64,000 bases of DNA, taken from contig USIO01000005.1 in NCBI GenBank assembly GCA_900554815.1, positions 3,856-67,855 of the forward strand, given 5' to 3'. Positions 33,148 through 44,843 of the stretch are shown here, piece after piece. Within the stretch, counting starts at the first letter, position 1. Every line of letters begins with the position of its first letter. The position numbers and the translations under genes were made by a program. This stretch comes from an uncultured Clostridium sp. Lineage in GTDB: Bacteria > Bacillota > Clostridia > TANB77 > CAG-508. Under the pieces are notes generated by a model. The model searched no databases. It was not told the origin of the DNA and saw only the letters and a list, made by a program, of their open reading frames with translations.

Positions 33148-34659
33148 ATGGGAAAGATTAAAAAAAACTTAGAATCTGTAAGGACAAAACTATTTATTAC
33201 TTTATGTGTTGTTGTAATAATCATAATTGTTTTTTTTATATTATTAAATAACTTTGTATTAGAAACATTTTATTTATATTCTAAACAAAAAGATTTAATG
33301 GAAGTATATAAAAGCATAAATCAATATTACACTAACCCAGATTCTGGAATAGATATTGAACTAGAACTAGAGAAAGCATCTATAAATAATGACTTTGACA
33401 TTATTATTAAAACAGATACTGGAATAACACTTTATACATCAAATAAAGATTTCTCATCTACAATAGGAACAATAAACGAAATTGAAAGTAGTATAACAAG
33501 TTGGTTTGGAGAAAAAAATATATTATTTTCTAATAATAAAATTAGTATTAGGAAAACAAGAGACATAAAAAATGGAGTAGGATTTGTTTTACTTTCAGGA
33601 GAACTAGACAATGGTTATGTTTTATACATTAGAATACCTATTACATCTATTCAAGAAAATGTTAAAATTTCTAATAACTTTTTATCTTTAATAGGAGGAA
33701 TTGCAATTATTGGAGGAGGAATTGCGGTATTATTTATTGCTAAAAAATTTACAAAACCTATTGAAGAACTAAATGATATTGCAAAGAGAATGTCACAATT
33801 AGATTTTAGCAAAAAATATAGGGTAAAAGATACTGGAGATGAAGTAGATGAATTAGGGAAAAGCATGAACACAGTTTCTGAAAAACTGGAAAATACTATT
33901 AAACAATTAAAAGAAACCAACATAGAATTAGAAAAAGATATAGAGAAAAAATCTAGAATAGATGAAATGAGAAAACAATTTATTTCTGATGTATCTCATG
34001 AATTAAAAACCCCAATTGCTATTATACAAGGATATGCAGAAGGACTAAGAGAAAATGTTAACAAAGATCCAGAAAGCAGAGAATTTTATTCTGATGTTAT
34101 TTTAGATGAAGCAAACAAAATGGACCGATTGGTAAAACAATTACTAGAACTTATGAAACTAGAATATGGAAAAAGAGAATTTAATAATCAAAAATTTGAT
34201 ATAACAGAATTAATTCAAGAAGTAATAAGAAAAAGCAAAGTAATGTATGAGGAAAAAAATATTACTATAGAATATAATCCAAGTAAAAAATATTATGTAT
34301 ATGCAGACGATTTTTATATAGAACAAGTAATAACTAATTATTTTACAAATGCTATAAAACATGCCCTAGAAATTAATGGAAAGAAACAAATAAGAATTAC
34401 AATAAAAGAATTAGACAAAAAAATAAGGATTAGTGTATATAACACAGGTGAAAAAATAGATGAGGAAAATTTAAATAGAATTTGGAATAGATTTTACAAA
34501 ATAGACTCTTCAAGGAATAGAGAAAAAGGCGGAACCGGAATAGGATTATCATTAGTTAGGGCCATTATGAATAATTATAGAAATGCTTATGGAGCATTTA
34601 ACACAGAAGATGGAGTGGAATTTTATTTTGACTTAGATTTAGCAGAAGAACAAAAATAA
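33148..34659 (+). CDS. Sensor histidine kinase (2 TM, HAMP, HisKA, HATPase_c)
   Basis: Motifs FISDVSHELKTPIAII and NREKGGTGIGLSLV. Here the G2 box is written GGC GGA ACC GGA, so CGG at 34530 and 34536 is out of phase and there is no frame break. Confidence 0.9.
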   Translation: MGKIKKNLESVRTKLFITLCVVVIIIIVFFILLNNFVLETFYLYSKQKDLMEVYKSINQYYTNPDSGIDIELELEKASINNDFDIIIKTDTGITLYTSNKDFSSTIGTINEIESSITSWFGEKNILFSNNKISIRKTRDIKNGVGFVLLSGELDNGYVLYIRIPITSIQENVKISNNFLSLIGGIAIIGGGIAVLFIAKKFTKPIEELNDIAKRMSQLDFSKKYRVKDTGDEVDELGKSMNTVSEKLENTIKQLKETNIELEKDIEKKSRIDEMRKQFISDVSHELKTPIAIIQGYAEGLRENVNKDPESREFYSDVILDEANKMDRLVKQLLELMKLEYGKREFNNQKFDITELIQEVIRKSKVMYEEKNITIEYNPSKKYYVYADDFYIEQVITNYFTNAIKHALEINGKKQIRITIKELDKKIRISVYNTGEKIDEENLNRIWNRFYKIDSSRNREKGGTGIGLSLVRAIMNNYRNAYGAFNTEDGVEFYFDLDLAEEQK

Positions 34660-35165
34660 CAAAATAATCAAAAAATGTTCATAAAAAAAGCATAAATAAC
34701 AAATAAAATAAAAACAAATAAAAGGAAGGAGGTAAAAATTATTATGCAGTATGAGGCATGGCGAATAATTTAAAAAGGAGGTATGCCTATAGAACAATAA
34801 AAAATTATACAATAAAAAATATATATATATTAATTAAAAGGAAGTGAATGCCTATACGAAAAACCTTAATATAATATTAATTTAATAATTACCCTTAAAA
34901 GAATAAACAATAATAGAGCTTTTGCACTAAATAAAACATTAGTACAAAGGCTCTATTAGAGTTTGTGGCAATAAATGTAAATTTATGTCGAAATGTTTTT
35001 CTTTACTTTTGAACTAATTTGTATTATTATGAAAACATAAAAAAATTGCAATTTTTGTTATTTTAAAAAAATTTTTATTCTAAAGTAAAATAACCTAAAA
35101 AAGATTCTAGAATTCTTAAAGACATTCCCAACTACAAAAATTAAAATACAAGGAGGTATGAATAT

Positions 35166-35756
35166 GTGACTAAATATACTCGTACTAGTGTCAATCTATG
35201 CGCTTTTTTTATTACCGTTTTTATTTTCTGTATTATTTATTTATTCCCTAAACAAATAAAAAGCTTTGCATTCAGCAAAGTAGAAAATCCCATAAATAGC
35301 TGTTACATAGAAAAAAATTTTCAAAAAACAGATGAAATTATACAAAAAGAAGTAACCTCTAAAAATAAGACTAAAAAATTAGAATGGAAAATTGTTATTC
35401 CAGCAATTAATCTAGATGCACAAATAGCAGAAGGAACAAGCCCAGAGATTTTAAACAAATATGTGGGACATTTTGAAAATACACCTAAATTAAATGGAAA
35501 TGTAGCATTAGGAGCTCATAATAGAGGATATAAGGTAAACTATTTTAAAGATTTAAAAAAATTAAAGAAAGGAGATAAAATTCAATATTATTATAATGGG
35601 AAACAAAAAGAATACCAAGTAGAAACAATAACGATTATAAAAGATACAGATTGGACTTATTTACAAAACACAACTAAAGATAAAATAACGCTAATAACGT
35701 GTGTAGAAGATCAACCAGAATATAGGCGTTGTATTCAAGGTGCAATAGTAAATTAA
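35166..35756 (+). CDS. Sortase family transpeptidase
   Basis: GTG 35166 lies 8 nt after aaggagg. N-terminal TM helix; motifs GHFENTP..GNVALGAHN and KITLITC (catalytic Cys). Confidence 0.8.
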   Translation: MTKYTRTSVNLCAFFITVFIFCIIYLFPKQIKSFAFSKVENPINSCYIEKNFQKTDEIIQKEVTSKNKTKKLEWKIVIPAINLDAQIAEGTSPEILNKYVGHFENTPKLNGNVALGAHNRGYKVNYFKDLKKLKKGDKIQYYYNGKQKEYQVETITIIKDTDWTYLQNTTKDKITLITCVEDQPEYRRCIQGAIVN

Positions 35757-35768
35757 GGAGGAAAATTT

Positions 35769-37479
35769 ATGTTAAAAGTATTGAAAAACATATTAAAAAT
35801 TATATTAATAGTTATAATTTTGTTTAGCACAAGTATTTTAAAAAACCCAGTTAAGGCAGCAACAACTCCAATTAGCAGTGCATATTTATATGCTAAAAGT
35901 TCTTATGGAAATATGTTAAAATATAATGGAGTAGAAATATTAACAACATTTGTTGTTTATTCCAAAGATGGGGTAGAATATCCTGCATATTGCCTAGACG
36001 CCAATATGCCAGGAGTTGGAGAAAATGGAAGTTATACAGTAAATACAAGCAATTTCCTAAATGATGTTATGCTATGGAGAGTAATTACAAACGGATATCC
36101 TTATAAAAGTGTTAGTGAACTGGGGTGCAACACAAAAGAAGAAGCATTTGCGGCAACAAAACAAGCTGTATATTGTATTCTATATGGTAGAGAAGCAAGT
36201 TGGTATACACCAATAGGAGAACAAGGCAAAAGAGTAGTTAATGCTATGGCTCAAATATTGCAAAATGCAAGAAATAGTACAAGTGTAAAACCTTCTAGTG
36301 ATATTAGCTTACAGTCGCAAGAAAATAAATGGAACATAGATTCAAACAATAAAAACTATGTTTATCAAACATTTAAAATTATATCATCATCTACATCAAA
36401 TAATTGCAAAATATCATTAACAGGAAATTACCCAGAAGGAACCAAAATAGTAGACACTAACAATAATCCAATTACAGCAATTTCTTCTGGAAGAACATTT
36501 AAACTAATGATACCTATTAAAAGCCTAACTTCAAATGGAGAATTCCAAGTCAAAATACAAGCAACATTAGAAACAAAACCAGTATTATATGGAAAAGCAC
36601 CTAACAGTAGTTGGCAAGATTATGCTGTTACAGCATCTATTTATGAAGATGCAAAAGGAAGTGCAACTATAAACTATAGAAAGAACGAAACAAAAATAAT
36701 TATTCAAAAACTAGACTCATCAAATAAAACACCTATAGAAGGAGTAACTTTCCAATTATTAGATAATAATAAAAAAATAGTATATACAGATTTAGTTTCA
36801 GATAGAAATGGATGCATAGAAATAAATAATATTGTTCCTGGGAAATATTATTTAGAAGAAATTAAAACAAAAGAACGGATATATTAAATATGATAAACAA
36901 ATTGAATGTAATGTAACACTTAACCAAACATTAAATGTTACAGTTAATAACACAAAACCAACTATAATAGAAGAGGAAAACAATAACCAACAAATTACAG
37001 TAGAACAAAATAATTCAGAAATAAAAATAGAAAATCAAAACGGTTTTACTAATATTGAAAACAACAACCAACAAATAGAAATAAATAATTCTAATAGCAA
37101 TAAAAGCGAAATAAACAATAACAACAATGTAAATATTAGTAATAATAACGAAAATAATAGTCAAACAAACACTAATAATAATGTGGATATTAACAACAAA
37201 AATGAAAATAACAATCTAACAAATACCAACAATAATATGAATATTAATAACGAAAATATTAATAATAATCAAACAAACACTAATAGCAATATAAACACTA
37301 ATAATAAAAACGAAAATATAAACATTGAAAACACTAGTCAAAATAGTAATACTAATATTACAAACAATAATAGTAATGTAGGTATTAATAATACTAACAA
37401 TAATGTAAACAATCAAAATATTAATTCTAATATTCAAAATTTAAATGGGATTGTAAAGCTACCAAAAACAGGAATGTAA
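35769..37479 (+). CDS. Surface adhesin/pilin-like protein: thioester (TQxA-type) domain, Cna-B/SpaA domain, Asn-rich spacer, LPKTG; needs one +1 shift at CGG
   Basis: ORFs 35769..36887 and 37183..37479 join at CGG 36876 (PGKYYLEEIKTKE|G|YIKYDK, the E..P.GY end of a Cna-B fold). Signal peptide; motifs YPAYCLD and EAFAATKQAVYC. The protein ends VKLPKTGM-stop with no hydrophobic tail. Confidence 0.75.
36960..37440 (+). repeat. Low-complexity Asn-rich coding region (N..NINN / NNNENN units)
   Basis: Runs of aat/aac codons with recurring aataataac/aacaacaa units inside the adhesin gene. Confidence 0.8.
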
Positions 37480-37485
37480 AAATCA

Positions 37486-37520
37486 TAAGGGTTTCTAAAT
37501 TAGAAACCCTTATAATTTAT
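37486..37520 (+). terminator. Intrinsic terminator after the adhesin gene
   Basis: Stem taagggtttcta / tagaaaccctta (12 bp), followed by taatttat. Confidence 0.75.
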
Positions 37521-37625
37521 GTACAATATGGAGCAAAGGTAGTTGCCTTCTATTGACAGATAAGAGGATAAAATATATAATATTCCATATACTAGAAACG
37601 TAAGAAAGGAAGTTTATATAAATAT

Positions 37626-38957
37626 ATGATTTCACAAATAATTGTATTATTCGTACTAATTTTTTTAAATGCTTTTTTTGCAATGACAGAAATAGCATTT
37701 ATTTCTTTGAATGATGCAAAAATTTCAAAACAGGCAAAAGAAGGCGACAAAAAAGCAATACAAATTTTAAAAATGCTTAAAAACCCAAGTAAATTTTTAG
37801 CTACAATCCAAATAGGAATTACATTAGCTGGTTTTTTATCTAGTGCTTTTGCTTCAGATGCATTTGCAGACAAACTAGCTCCAGTTTTAGAAAATTGGAT
37901 ACCACTAGGAATAGGAGTGTGGAAGGGAATTTCTATTGTTATTATTACAATGATACTTTCTTATTTTACACTTGTATTTGGGGAATTGGTTCCAAAAAGA
38001 CTTGCAATGAGAAACCACGAAAAAATAGCATATGCTACTATTGGAGTTATTAGGGCAATTTCCTTAATAACAGCTCCTTTTGTAAAATTACTAACATTTT
38101 CAACAAATGTTATTTCTAAACTTTTTGGAGTAAGTGAAAACGAAGAAGAAACAGTAACAGAAGAAGAAATTAGAATGATGGTAGATGTAGGAGAAGAAAA
38201 AGGAACAATTGAAGAAGAAGAAAAAGAACTAATTAATAATATTTTTGAATTTAATGATAAAACTGTTGCAGAAGTAATGATACACAGAACAGATGTATTT
38301 GCTATTGATGTAAATGCAGATATTTATGAAATGCTAGACACAATTGATGAATATAAATACAGTAGAATACCAGTATATGAAGACACAATTGATGAAATTG
38401 TAGGAATTTTATATATTAAAGATTTATTAAAATATGTAACAGCACATAAAAAAATAAAAATAAAAAGTATTATGAGAGAAGCATATTTTGTTTCAGAACA
38501 CAAAATGATAAATGATTTATTTAAGGAACTACAAAAAAATAAAACTCAAATTTGTATTGTAATAGACGAATATGGTGGAACAGCTGGAGTAATTACCATG
38601 GAAGACATTTTAGAAGAATTAGTTGGAAATATTTTTGACGAATATGATGAAGTAGAACCAGACTATGAAAAAATAGATGATAATACTTTTTTAATTAATG
38701 GTAGTGTTTCTATTTATGATTTAAGAAAAATTTTAAATATAGAAATACCAGAAGGAGATTATGATACTTTATCTGGATATTTAACAGAAAAATTAGGAAG
38801 AATACCAGAAGATGATGAAAATCCAATTGTAGAAACACCACTTGTAACTTATAAAATAGAAGAATATGAAGACAAAAGAATTAAACTAGTTAAAGCATGT
38901 AAAAATAATGTAGTTGAAAAGCCACACAACGAAGAAGAAAACGAAGAACAAAACTAA
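37626..38957 (+). CDS. HlyC/CorC (CNNM) family transporter: DUF21 + CBS pair + CorC_HlyC
   Basis: Four N-terminal TM helices, motif GELVPKRLA, a CBS-pair region and a C-terminal transporter-associated domain. Confidence 0.85.
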   Translation: MISQIIVLFVLIFLNAFFAMTEIAFISLNDAKISKQAKEGDKKAIQILKMLKNPSKFLATIQIGITLAGFLSSAFASDAFADKLAPVLENWIPLGIGVWKGISIVIITMILSYFTLVFGELVPKRLAMRNHEKIAYATIGVIRAISLITAPFVKLLTFSTNVISKLFGVSENEEETVTEEEIRMMVDVGEEKGTIEEEEKELINNIFEFNDKTVAEVMIHRTDVFAIDVNADIYEMLDTIDEYKYSRIPVYEDTIDEIVGILYIKDLLKYVTAHKKIKIKSIMREAYFVSEHKMINDLFKELQKNKTQICIVIDEYGGTAGVITMEDILEELVGNIFDEYDEVEPDYEKIDDNTFLINGSVSIYDLRKILNIEIPEGDYDTLSGYLTEKLGRIPEDDENPIVETPLVTYKIEEYEDKRIKLVKACKNNVVEKPHNEEENEEQN

Positions 38958-39020
38958 TTTGCTTTATTTATTATAGTAATATGTATTAACACATTGAAAA
39001 TATATTGATGGGGAAAGAAA

Positions 39021-40268
39021 ATGTACGAAAAATTTGGAATTAGTGATAAAATAGAAAAACTATCAAATAAAATACAAAAAGATATAACTCCTGTGTTTGA
39101 CAAAATTAATAAATTAAATGAAATAAATAGTATGAAAGTATTAAATGCATTTCAAAAATATCGTGTATCTGAAATGCACTTTAATTCTTCAACAGGCTAT
39201 GGATATGGAGATATTGGAAGAGATACAATAGAAAAAATATTTGCAGAAGTGCTAAAAGCAGAAGATACATTAGTTAGAAATCAATTTATTTCTGGAACAC
39301 ATGCACTTACTGTATGTTTATTTGCGCTCTTAAGACCAAACGATACAGTAATTAGCATTAATGGAAAACCATATGATACATTAGATAGTGTTATTGGGTT
39401 AGAAAAAAATGCTAGTTCATTAAAATCATATGGGGTAAAATATGAACAAATTGATTTAATTGAAAATGAATTTGACAAAGATAAAATTAAAGAAAGACTA
39501 AAGAAAAACAATGTAAAATTAGTAATGATACAACGTTCATGTGGTTATTCTTTAAGAGAAAGCCTTAACATAGAAAAAATAAAGAATATTGTACAAGAAA
39601 TTAGAAAAGTTAATACTTCTGTAATTATTATGTGTGACAATTGCTATGGAGAATTTGTAGAAGAAAGTGAACCACTAGAAGCAGGAGTAGACATTATTGT
39701 AGGCTCTTTAATTAAAAATTTAGGAGGAGGACTAGCTCCTAATGGTGCATATATTGCAGGCAAAAGAGAACTAATAGAATTATGCGCTGAAAGATTAACA
39801 GCTCCTGGTTTAGGAAAAGAAGTAGGCCCATCATTAGGAATAAATAAAAATTTCTTACAAGGCCTATTTATGGCGCCAAGTGTTGTAGCAAGTAGCTTAA
39901 AAACAGCAATATACGCAAGTAAAATGCTAGAAGAATTAGGATATGAAACTATACCAAAATATAATGGAAAAAGAGGAGATATTGTTCAAAAAATCATATT
40001 CCGAAATGCAGAAAAACTAGTTAAATTCTGCCAAGGAATACAGATGGGATCTCCTATTGATTCGGACTCAATCCCAGAGCCATGGGACATGCCAGGCTAT
40101 ACAGATAAAGTTATTATGGCTGCAGGAACATTTACTGCTGGTTCATCTATTGAGTTATCTTGTGATGCTCCAATTCGAGAGCCATATATTGCATTTTTAC
40201 AAGGGGGACTAACTTACGAATATGGTAAATTAGGAGTAATGAAAGCAATTCAAAATATTTTAAATTAA
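39021..40268 (+). CDS. Aluminium-resistance / methionine gamma-lyase-like PLP enzyme family (YnbB-like)
   Basis: Motifs NAFQKYRVSEMHFNSSTGYGYGDIGRD and GSLIKNLGGGLAPNGAYIAG; ~415 aa. Confidence 0.75.
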   Translation: MYEKFGISDKIEKLSNKIQKDITPVFDKINKLNEINSMKVLNAFQKYRVSEMHFNSSTGYGYGDIGRDTIEKIFAEVLKAEDTLVRNQFISGTHALTVCLFALLRPNDTVISINGKPYDTLDSVIGLEKNASSLKSYGVKYEQIDLIENEFDKDKIKERLKKNNVKLVMIQRSCGYSLRESLNIEKIKNIVQEIRKVNTSVIIMCDNCYGEFVEESEPLEAGVDIIVGSLIKNLGGGLAPNGAYIAGKRELIELCAERLTAPGLGKEVGPSLGINKNFLQGLFMAPSVVASSLKTAIYASKMLEELGYETIPKYNGKRGDIVQKIIFRNAEKLVKFCQGIQMGSPIDSDSIPEPWDMPGYTDKVIMAAGTFTAGSSIELSCDAPIREPYIAFLQGGLTYEYGKLGVMKAIQNILN

Positions 40269-40322
40269 AAAATTATATTTTAGATAGTGACATTAACAAG
40301 CCAAAAAGGGGTAAATAAAAGC

Positions 40323-41586
40323 ATGAATGTTATTATAATTGGAGGAGGACCAGCAGGAATGCTTTGCGCAATATCTGCTGCTAAATATGGAAATAATGTT
40401 ACGATTATAGAAAAAAATAACACACTAGGGAAAAAACTTTTAATTACAGGAAAAGGGCGTTGTAATATTACAAGTAGCTTAAAAATGTCGGACTTTATTC
40501 AAAATATACCACGAAATGGAAAGTTTTTGTTTAGTGCTTTTCAAAATTTTACAAATAACGATATTATTTGCTTATTAAAAAAACAGGGCTTAGATGTAAA
40601 AAAAGAACGTGGAAATAGAATATTTCCGGTAACCGATAACGCACAGGATGTTTTAAATGCTCTATTAAAAGAATGCATAAACCAAAAAGTAAAAATAAGA
40701 ACAAATACAAAAGCTATAAAAATACAAACAGAAAATGGAAAAGTAGTAGGAATAAAAACAAGAGATTTAATTAATAAAAAAGAAAAAATAGAAAAAGCAG
40801 ATAAAATAGTAGTTGCCACTGGTGGAAAGAGTTACCCAACAACAGGCTCTACAGGAGATGGATACGAATTAGTACAAGAACTTGGACATTCAATTATACC
40901 AATAAAAGGATCTTTAGTACCATTAATAGTAAATAATGTTAAATTATGCAAACAATTACAAGGTTTAAGCCTAAGGAATGTGCAAATTCAATTTTTAGAT
41001 AAAAAGAATAACAAACTAATTTATGAAGACTTTGGAGAAATGCTATTTACACATTTTGGAGTATCTGGACCAACAATACTAAGTGGTTCAGCACATTTGT
41101 TAAGACACAAAAATGTAGAAGAACTAATGCGGAAAAAATGAAATTATTTTAAAAATAGATTTAAAGCCAGCTTTATCTGAAAAAAAATTAGATGAAAGAG
41201 TTTTAAGAGATTTTGAAGAAAATAAAAATAAGCAATTTAAAAATTCTTTAGACAAACTAATACCTAAAAAGCTAATTACAGCTATTATAGATAAAGCTAA
41301 AATTAATCCGGAAAAACCAGTAAACGAAATAGCAAAAAAAGAAAGAAAAAATTTAGTGTATGCACTAAAGAATTTTGATGTTGCAATTAATGGTTTTAGA
41401 GATATAAAAGAAGCAATTATAACAAGTGGAGGTGTTTCTGTAAAAGAAATTAACCCCAAAACTATGGAATCTAAATTAGTAAAAGGATTGTTTTTTGCTG
41501 GGGAAATAATAGATGTAGATGCATATACAGGGGGATTTAATCTACAAATAGCATATTCTACAGGGTATACAGCAGGAATGAATTAG
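40323..41586 (+). CDS. NAD(P)/FAD-dependent oxidoreductase, HI0933/BaiN family (420 aa); needs one +1 shift at CGG
   Basis: ATG 40323 (MNVIIIGGGPAGM). ORFs 40287..41141 and 41356..41586 join at CGG 41130 (EELM|G|KNEIILKIDLKP). C-terminus is GLFFAGEIIDVDAYTGGFNLQIAYSTGYTAG. Confidence 0.85.
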
Positions 41587-41593
41587 GAGGCTT

Positions 41594-42238
41594 ATGGAGC
41601 AATTTAAAACAATAAAAGAAGATATAACATCAGAACTAACTGAAAAAAAATCCAAATTTATAGCTAATATTTATTATATAGAAAATATTGAAGAAATAGA
41701 AAATAAACTAAAAGAATTAAAAACCATTTACATAGGAGCAAAACACTATTGCTATGCTTATAGAGTTATAACAAATGACCAGGTTATAGAAAAATCTAGT
41801 GATAACCGGAGAACCTTCACGGAACAGCAGGAGCTCCAATTTTAACTATATTACAAAAGAATAATTTTTTAAATATTTTAGTAGTTGTTGTTAGATATTT
41901 TGGAGGGATTTTATTAGGAACAGGGGGCTTAGTAAGAGCTTATTCACGGTAGTGTACAAAATGCCCTAAGCAAAGCAACAATCATAGAAAAACAAGCAGG
42001 TTTTTTAGTTCAAATTAATTTAAAATACGAAGAACTAGAAATGCTAAAATATAAATTAAAGTCTATGAATGTAAATCCAATTTCAATTAATTATAGCGAA
42101 AATGTAAATATTTTATTAGAAATTTCAAAAAATGACTATGAAAATAAATTATTAAAATATATTAATCGCGAACAATACAACATAAATTCAAAAATATTAC
42201 AAAAAAAGTTTGTTGATATATCAACAAAAACAAAATGA
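41594..42238 (+). CDS. yigZ: IMPACT-family protein YigZ (213 aa); needs three +1 shifts at CGG
   Basis: ORFs 41594..41845 and 42041..42238 join via CGG 41807, 41820 and 41947, giving SSDN|G|EPS|G|[10 protein letters not shown]...[18 protein letters not shown]|G|SVQNAL. This reproduces the family signature DDGEP.GTAG.P. Confidence 0.88.
41807..41949 (+). other. Three CGG recoding sites within 143 nt, two of them on invariant YigZ glycines
   Basis: aac CGG a (41807), tca CGG a (41820), tca CGG t (41947). Confidence 0.88.
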
Positions 42239-42338
42239 ACTTGAAAAATTTTCCAGAAATGTATTGCATAATACAAAAAAACATATTATAATTCCAAATG
42301 TAAAAAATATACAAATTTATTTAATAGGAGGAATTGTT

Positions 42339-43157
42339 TTGAAAGAGAAAATTACTGTATTGATTGCAGATGACAATCAAGATTTTGCAAACATTTTAGC
42401 AGGCTACTTGAAAAAACATGATGATATGGAAATAATAGGAATGGCAAAGGATGGAAATGAAGCAGTAGAAATTATAAGAAATGTAGAACCAGATGTAGCA
42501 ATATTAGATGTAATAATGCCACACTTAGATGGTCTAGGTGTGCTAGAAAAAATAAATGAATTTAATATGCCAAAAAGACCACTTTGCATTATGTTATCAG
42601 CAGTTGGGCAAGACAAAATAACTCAAAGAGCAATTAATTTAGGAGCAGAATATTATGTTGTAAAGCCATTTGATATTGAACTTTTAATTAAAAGAATTAA
42701 AGAAGTAAAATTTTACCAAAATTCGCCAATTAAACCAGCATATATTAATAGAGAATTAAAAGCACAATACATAGAATTAGAACCAAATAGCAAAAAAGAT
42801 GAAAAGAATTTAGAGGCACTTGTAACCAATATTATCCATGAAGTTGGTGTGCCAGCACATATTAAAGGATACCAATATTTACGAGAAGCGATTATGATGG
42901 TAACAAATGATATTGATGTTATTAATCAAATTACAAAACAATTATATCCAGATATAGCAAATAAATTTAAAACAACCCCAAGTAGGGTAGAGCGTGCAAT
43001 TCGCCATGCAATAGAAGTAGCATGGGGAAGAGGGCAAACAGATGCCACAGAAAGTATTTTTGGCTATACTGTTTCTGCAAGTAAAGGAAAGCCAACAAAT
43101 AGTGAGTTTATAGCAATGATAGCAGATAAACTAAGGCTAGAACTAAAATCAGCATAA
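42339..43157 (+). CDS. spo0A: Sporulation master regulator Spo0A
   Basis: TTG 42339 follows SD ataggagga. Receiver domain [22 protein letters not shown]-terminal Spo0A signature [19 protein letters not shown] and [15 protein letters not shown]. Confidence 0.92.
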   Translation: MKEKITVLIADDNQDFANILAGYLKKHDDMEIIGMAKDGNEAVEIIRNVEPDVAILDVIMPHLDGLGVLEKINEFNMPKRPLCIMLSAVGQDKITQRAINLGAEYYVVKPFDIELLIKRIKEVKFYQNSPIKPAYINRELKAQYIELEPNSKKDEKNLEALVTNIIHEVGVPAHIKGYQYLREAIMMVTNDIDVINQITKQLYPDIANKFKTTPSRVERAIRHAIEVAWGRGQTDATESIFGYTVSASKGKPTNSEFIAMIADKLRLELKSA

Positions 43158-43433
43158 AAGATTTATAATAATATTGAAAGAACATATAAAATTAAACAAC
43201 TTGCATAAAAATCTGCAAAGTACAATAAAAAAATACCACATTTTGAAATGCACCCCATTTAGTAGACACAAATAAAAAAACAATTTGTGTTAAAATCTAA
43301 ACGGAGGTGTATTTTTTATATTGTGCCACACATCTATGTGGATTCCTTCTTTTATAACTATTAGTAATAGAGTTATAAAAAAGTATGTACTAAAAGTTAC
43401 AATATGAATAAAATATAATAAGGAGGGAAATAG

Positions 43434-43956
43434 ATGTGTTGCAAGTGTAATAAATTTAAAGCATGTAAAATAATATTATTTACATTAATATTATCATTAA
43501 TAATATCATTATTAATATGTGTAATATACTTTAATAATAAATCATATGATGTTTTAACAGCTATTGCAGTTGAAGGTGACAATACTCGGGCTTGGAACAA
43601 CTACTATAATGTTTAGTGAAAATAAAATAACAGAAGGAAATGCAATTACCCATGAGCCAGGAAATGATAAAATTCTAATAAACCAAACAGGTATTTATCA
43701 AATATCATATCAACTTTATGGAACAAAAGATTCAATAGGAACATTTCAATTTAATGCTATATTAATAGTAAATGGAACAGCGATAAATAGTACCTTTAAT
43801 GAAAGCCCAATTATTAGAAATAGTGTAAATCGAATGACACTAACAAGTACAGTCATTTTAAAGCTAAACCAAGGAGATATTCTACAATTGTCAGGAGTTT
43901 CAATAGAAGATATTATGTACCAACAAGCTAGAATAGATATAGAAAAAATAGACTAA
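43434..43956 (+). CDS. Membrane-anchored protein with C1q/TNF-like (BclA C-terminal-like) jelly-roll domain; needs one +1 shift at CGG-G
   Basis: ORFs 43434..43616 and 43564..43956 join at CGG 43587 (EGDNT|G|LGTTTIMF). This is the only CGG-G site. N-terminal TM helix. The C-terminal half (INQTGIYQISYQLYG...LNQGDILQL) resembles the C1q-like fold. Confidence 0.6.
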
Positions 43957-43958
43957 AA

Positions 43959-43991
43959 AGATGAGGACTTTTTTGCCTCATCTTAATTTTT
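43959..43991 (+). terminator. Intrinsic terminator
   Basis: Stem agatgagg / cctcatct, followed by taattttt. Confidence 0.7.
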
Positions 43992-44121
43992 CTATTATAT
44001 AGTAAAACCGACTTCCACTTTGAATCTATGTGGATTTTTTTGTATATAACAAGCTTAGATTTTCTTATATAAAAAGTTTAACACATATTAAATTATGCAA
44101 AGAATAAAATTGGGTGGTTTA

Positions 44122-44754
44122 TTACTCAAAATATTTATTATATAAATCTTTTGCATTGCTCATGGCATCTTCTTTTGACATTCCACTATGATCATAAGGA
44201 TATATTCTACGATCATCCTTTTGCAAATAAAGTTGCCAACTAGGATAAAATTTCGTTCCACAAAAATCCACAAATTCATTAATTATATTTACTGCTTTTT
44301 CTACATCATCATAATTATTTACTATCAAATGAGTATCATAATTAAGTATTCCATCTGTAATATTTTCTTCTACTATAAAATATTTTTTATTAGGACTATT
44401 CCATTTATCAAATAAATATTTGTGATAATTATCCAAGAAATCTTCTGCCAAGTTTCCAGAATTTTTAATGGCAGTAAATTTTATTTCATTATTTTCTGCT
44501 AATTCAAATCTATATGTTCCATTTTCTTTATCGTCAGTATCTTGTGATATACTTTTTATCTTTATATTATACATATTTTCTATTGTTCCTACAACCGAAA
44601 CATTAGTCCTTTCTTTTAAACTAGAAAAATTAATATATACACTAAATAATAGTAAAAAAATAACTACCGCAAATATTAAAATAGCAAAAATTTTTAACGA
44701 TTTTCCTGTTATATTTAAACCCTTAACAACCTTATCTATCTTTTCCATTTGCAC
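44122..44754 (-). CDS. Hypothetical membrane-anchored protein
   Basis: Long ORF with one N-terminal TM helix. No recognisable motif; weak SD. Confidence 0.55.
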   Translation of the reverse strand: MQMEKIDKVVKGLNITGKSLKIFAILIFAVVIFLLLFSVYINFSSLKERTNVSVVGTIENMYNIKIKSISQDTDDKENGTYRFELAENNEIKFTAIKNSGNLAEDFLDNYHKYLFDKWNSPNKKYFIVEENITDGILNYDTHLIVNNYDDVEKAVNIINEFVDFCGTKFYPSWQLYLQKDDRRIYPYDHSGMSKEDAMSNAKDLYNKYFE

Positions 44755-44843
44755 TAAAAAATTTACTAAGAATTATTTACAAAAGACAAAAATGGCAATA
44801 TAATAGTTATATCATTTATTTTTAAGGACAAGGAGTAATAAAA

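Noticed and set aside
43332-44036. 13-nt direct repeat atctatgtggatt (43332-43344 and 44024-44036) flanking the C1q-like gene, as possible insertion scars
   Set aside because: It is too short for significance in 64 kb of AT-rich DNA. Each copy is part of a small local hairpin (ccaca..tgtgg), and no recombinase or other mobile-element signature is present.
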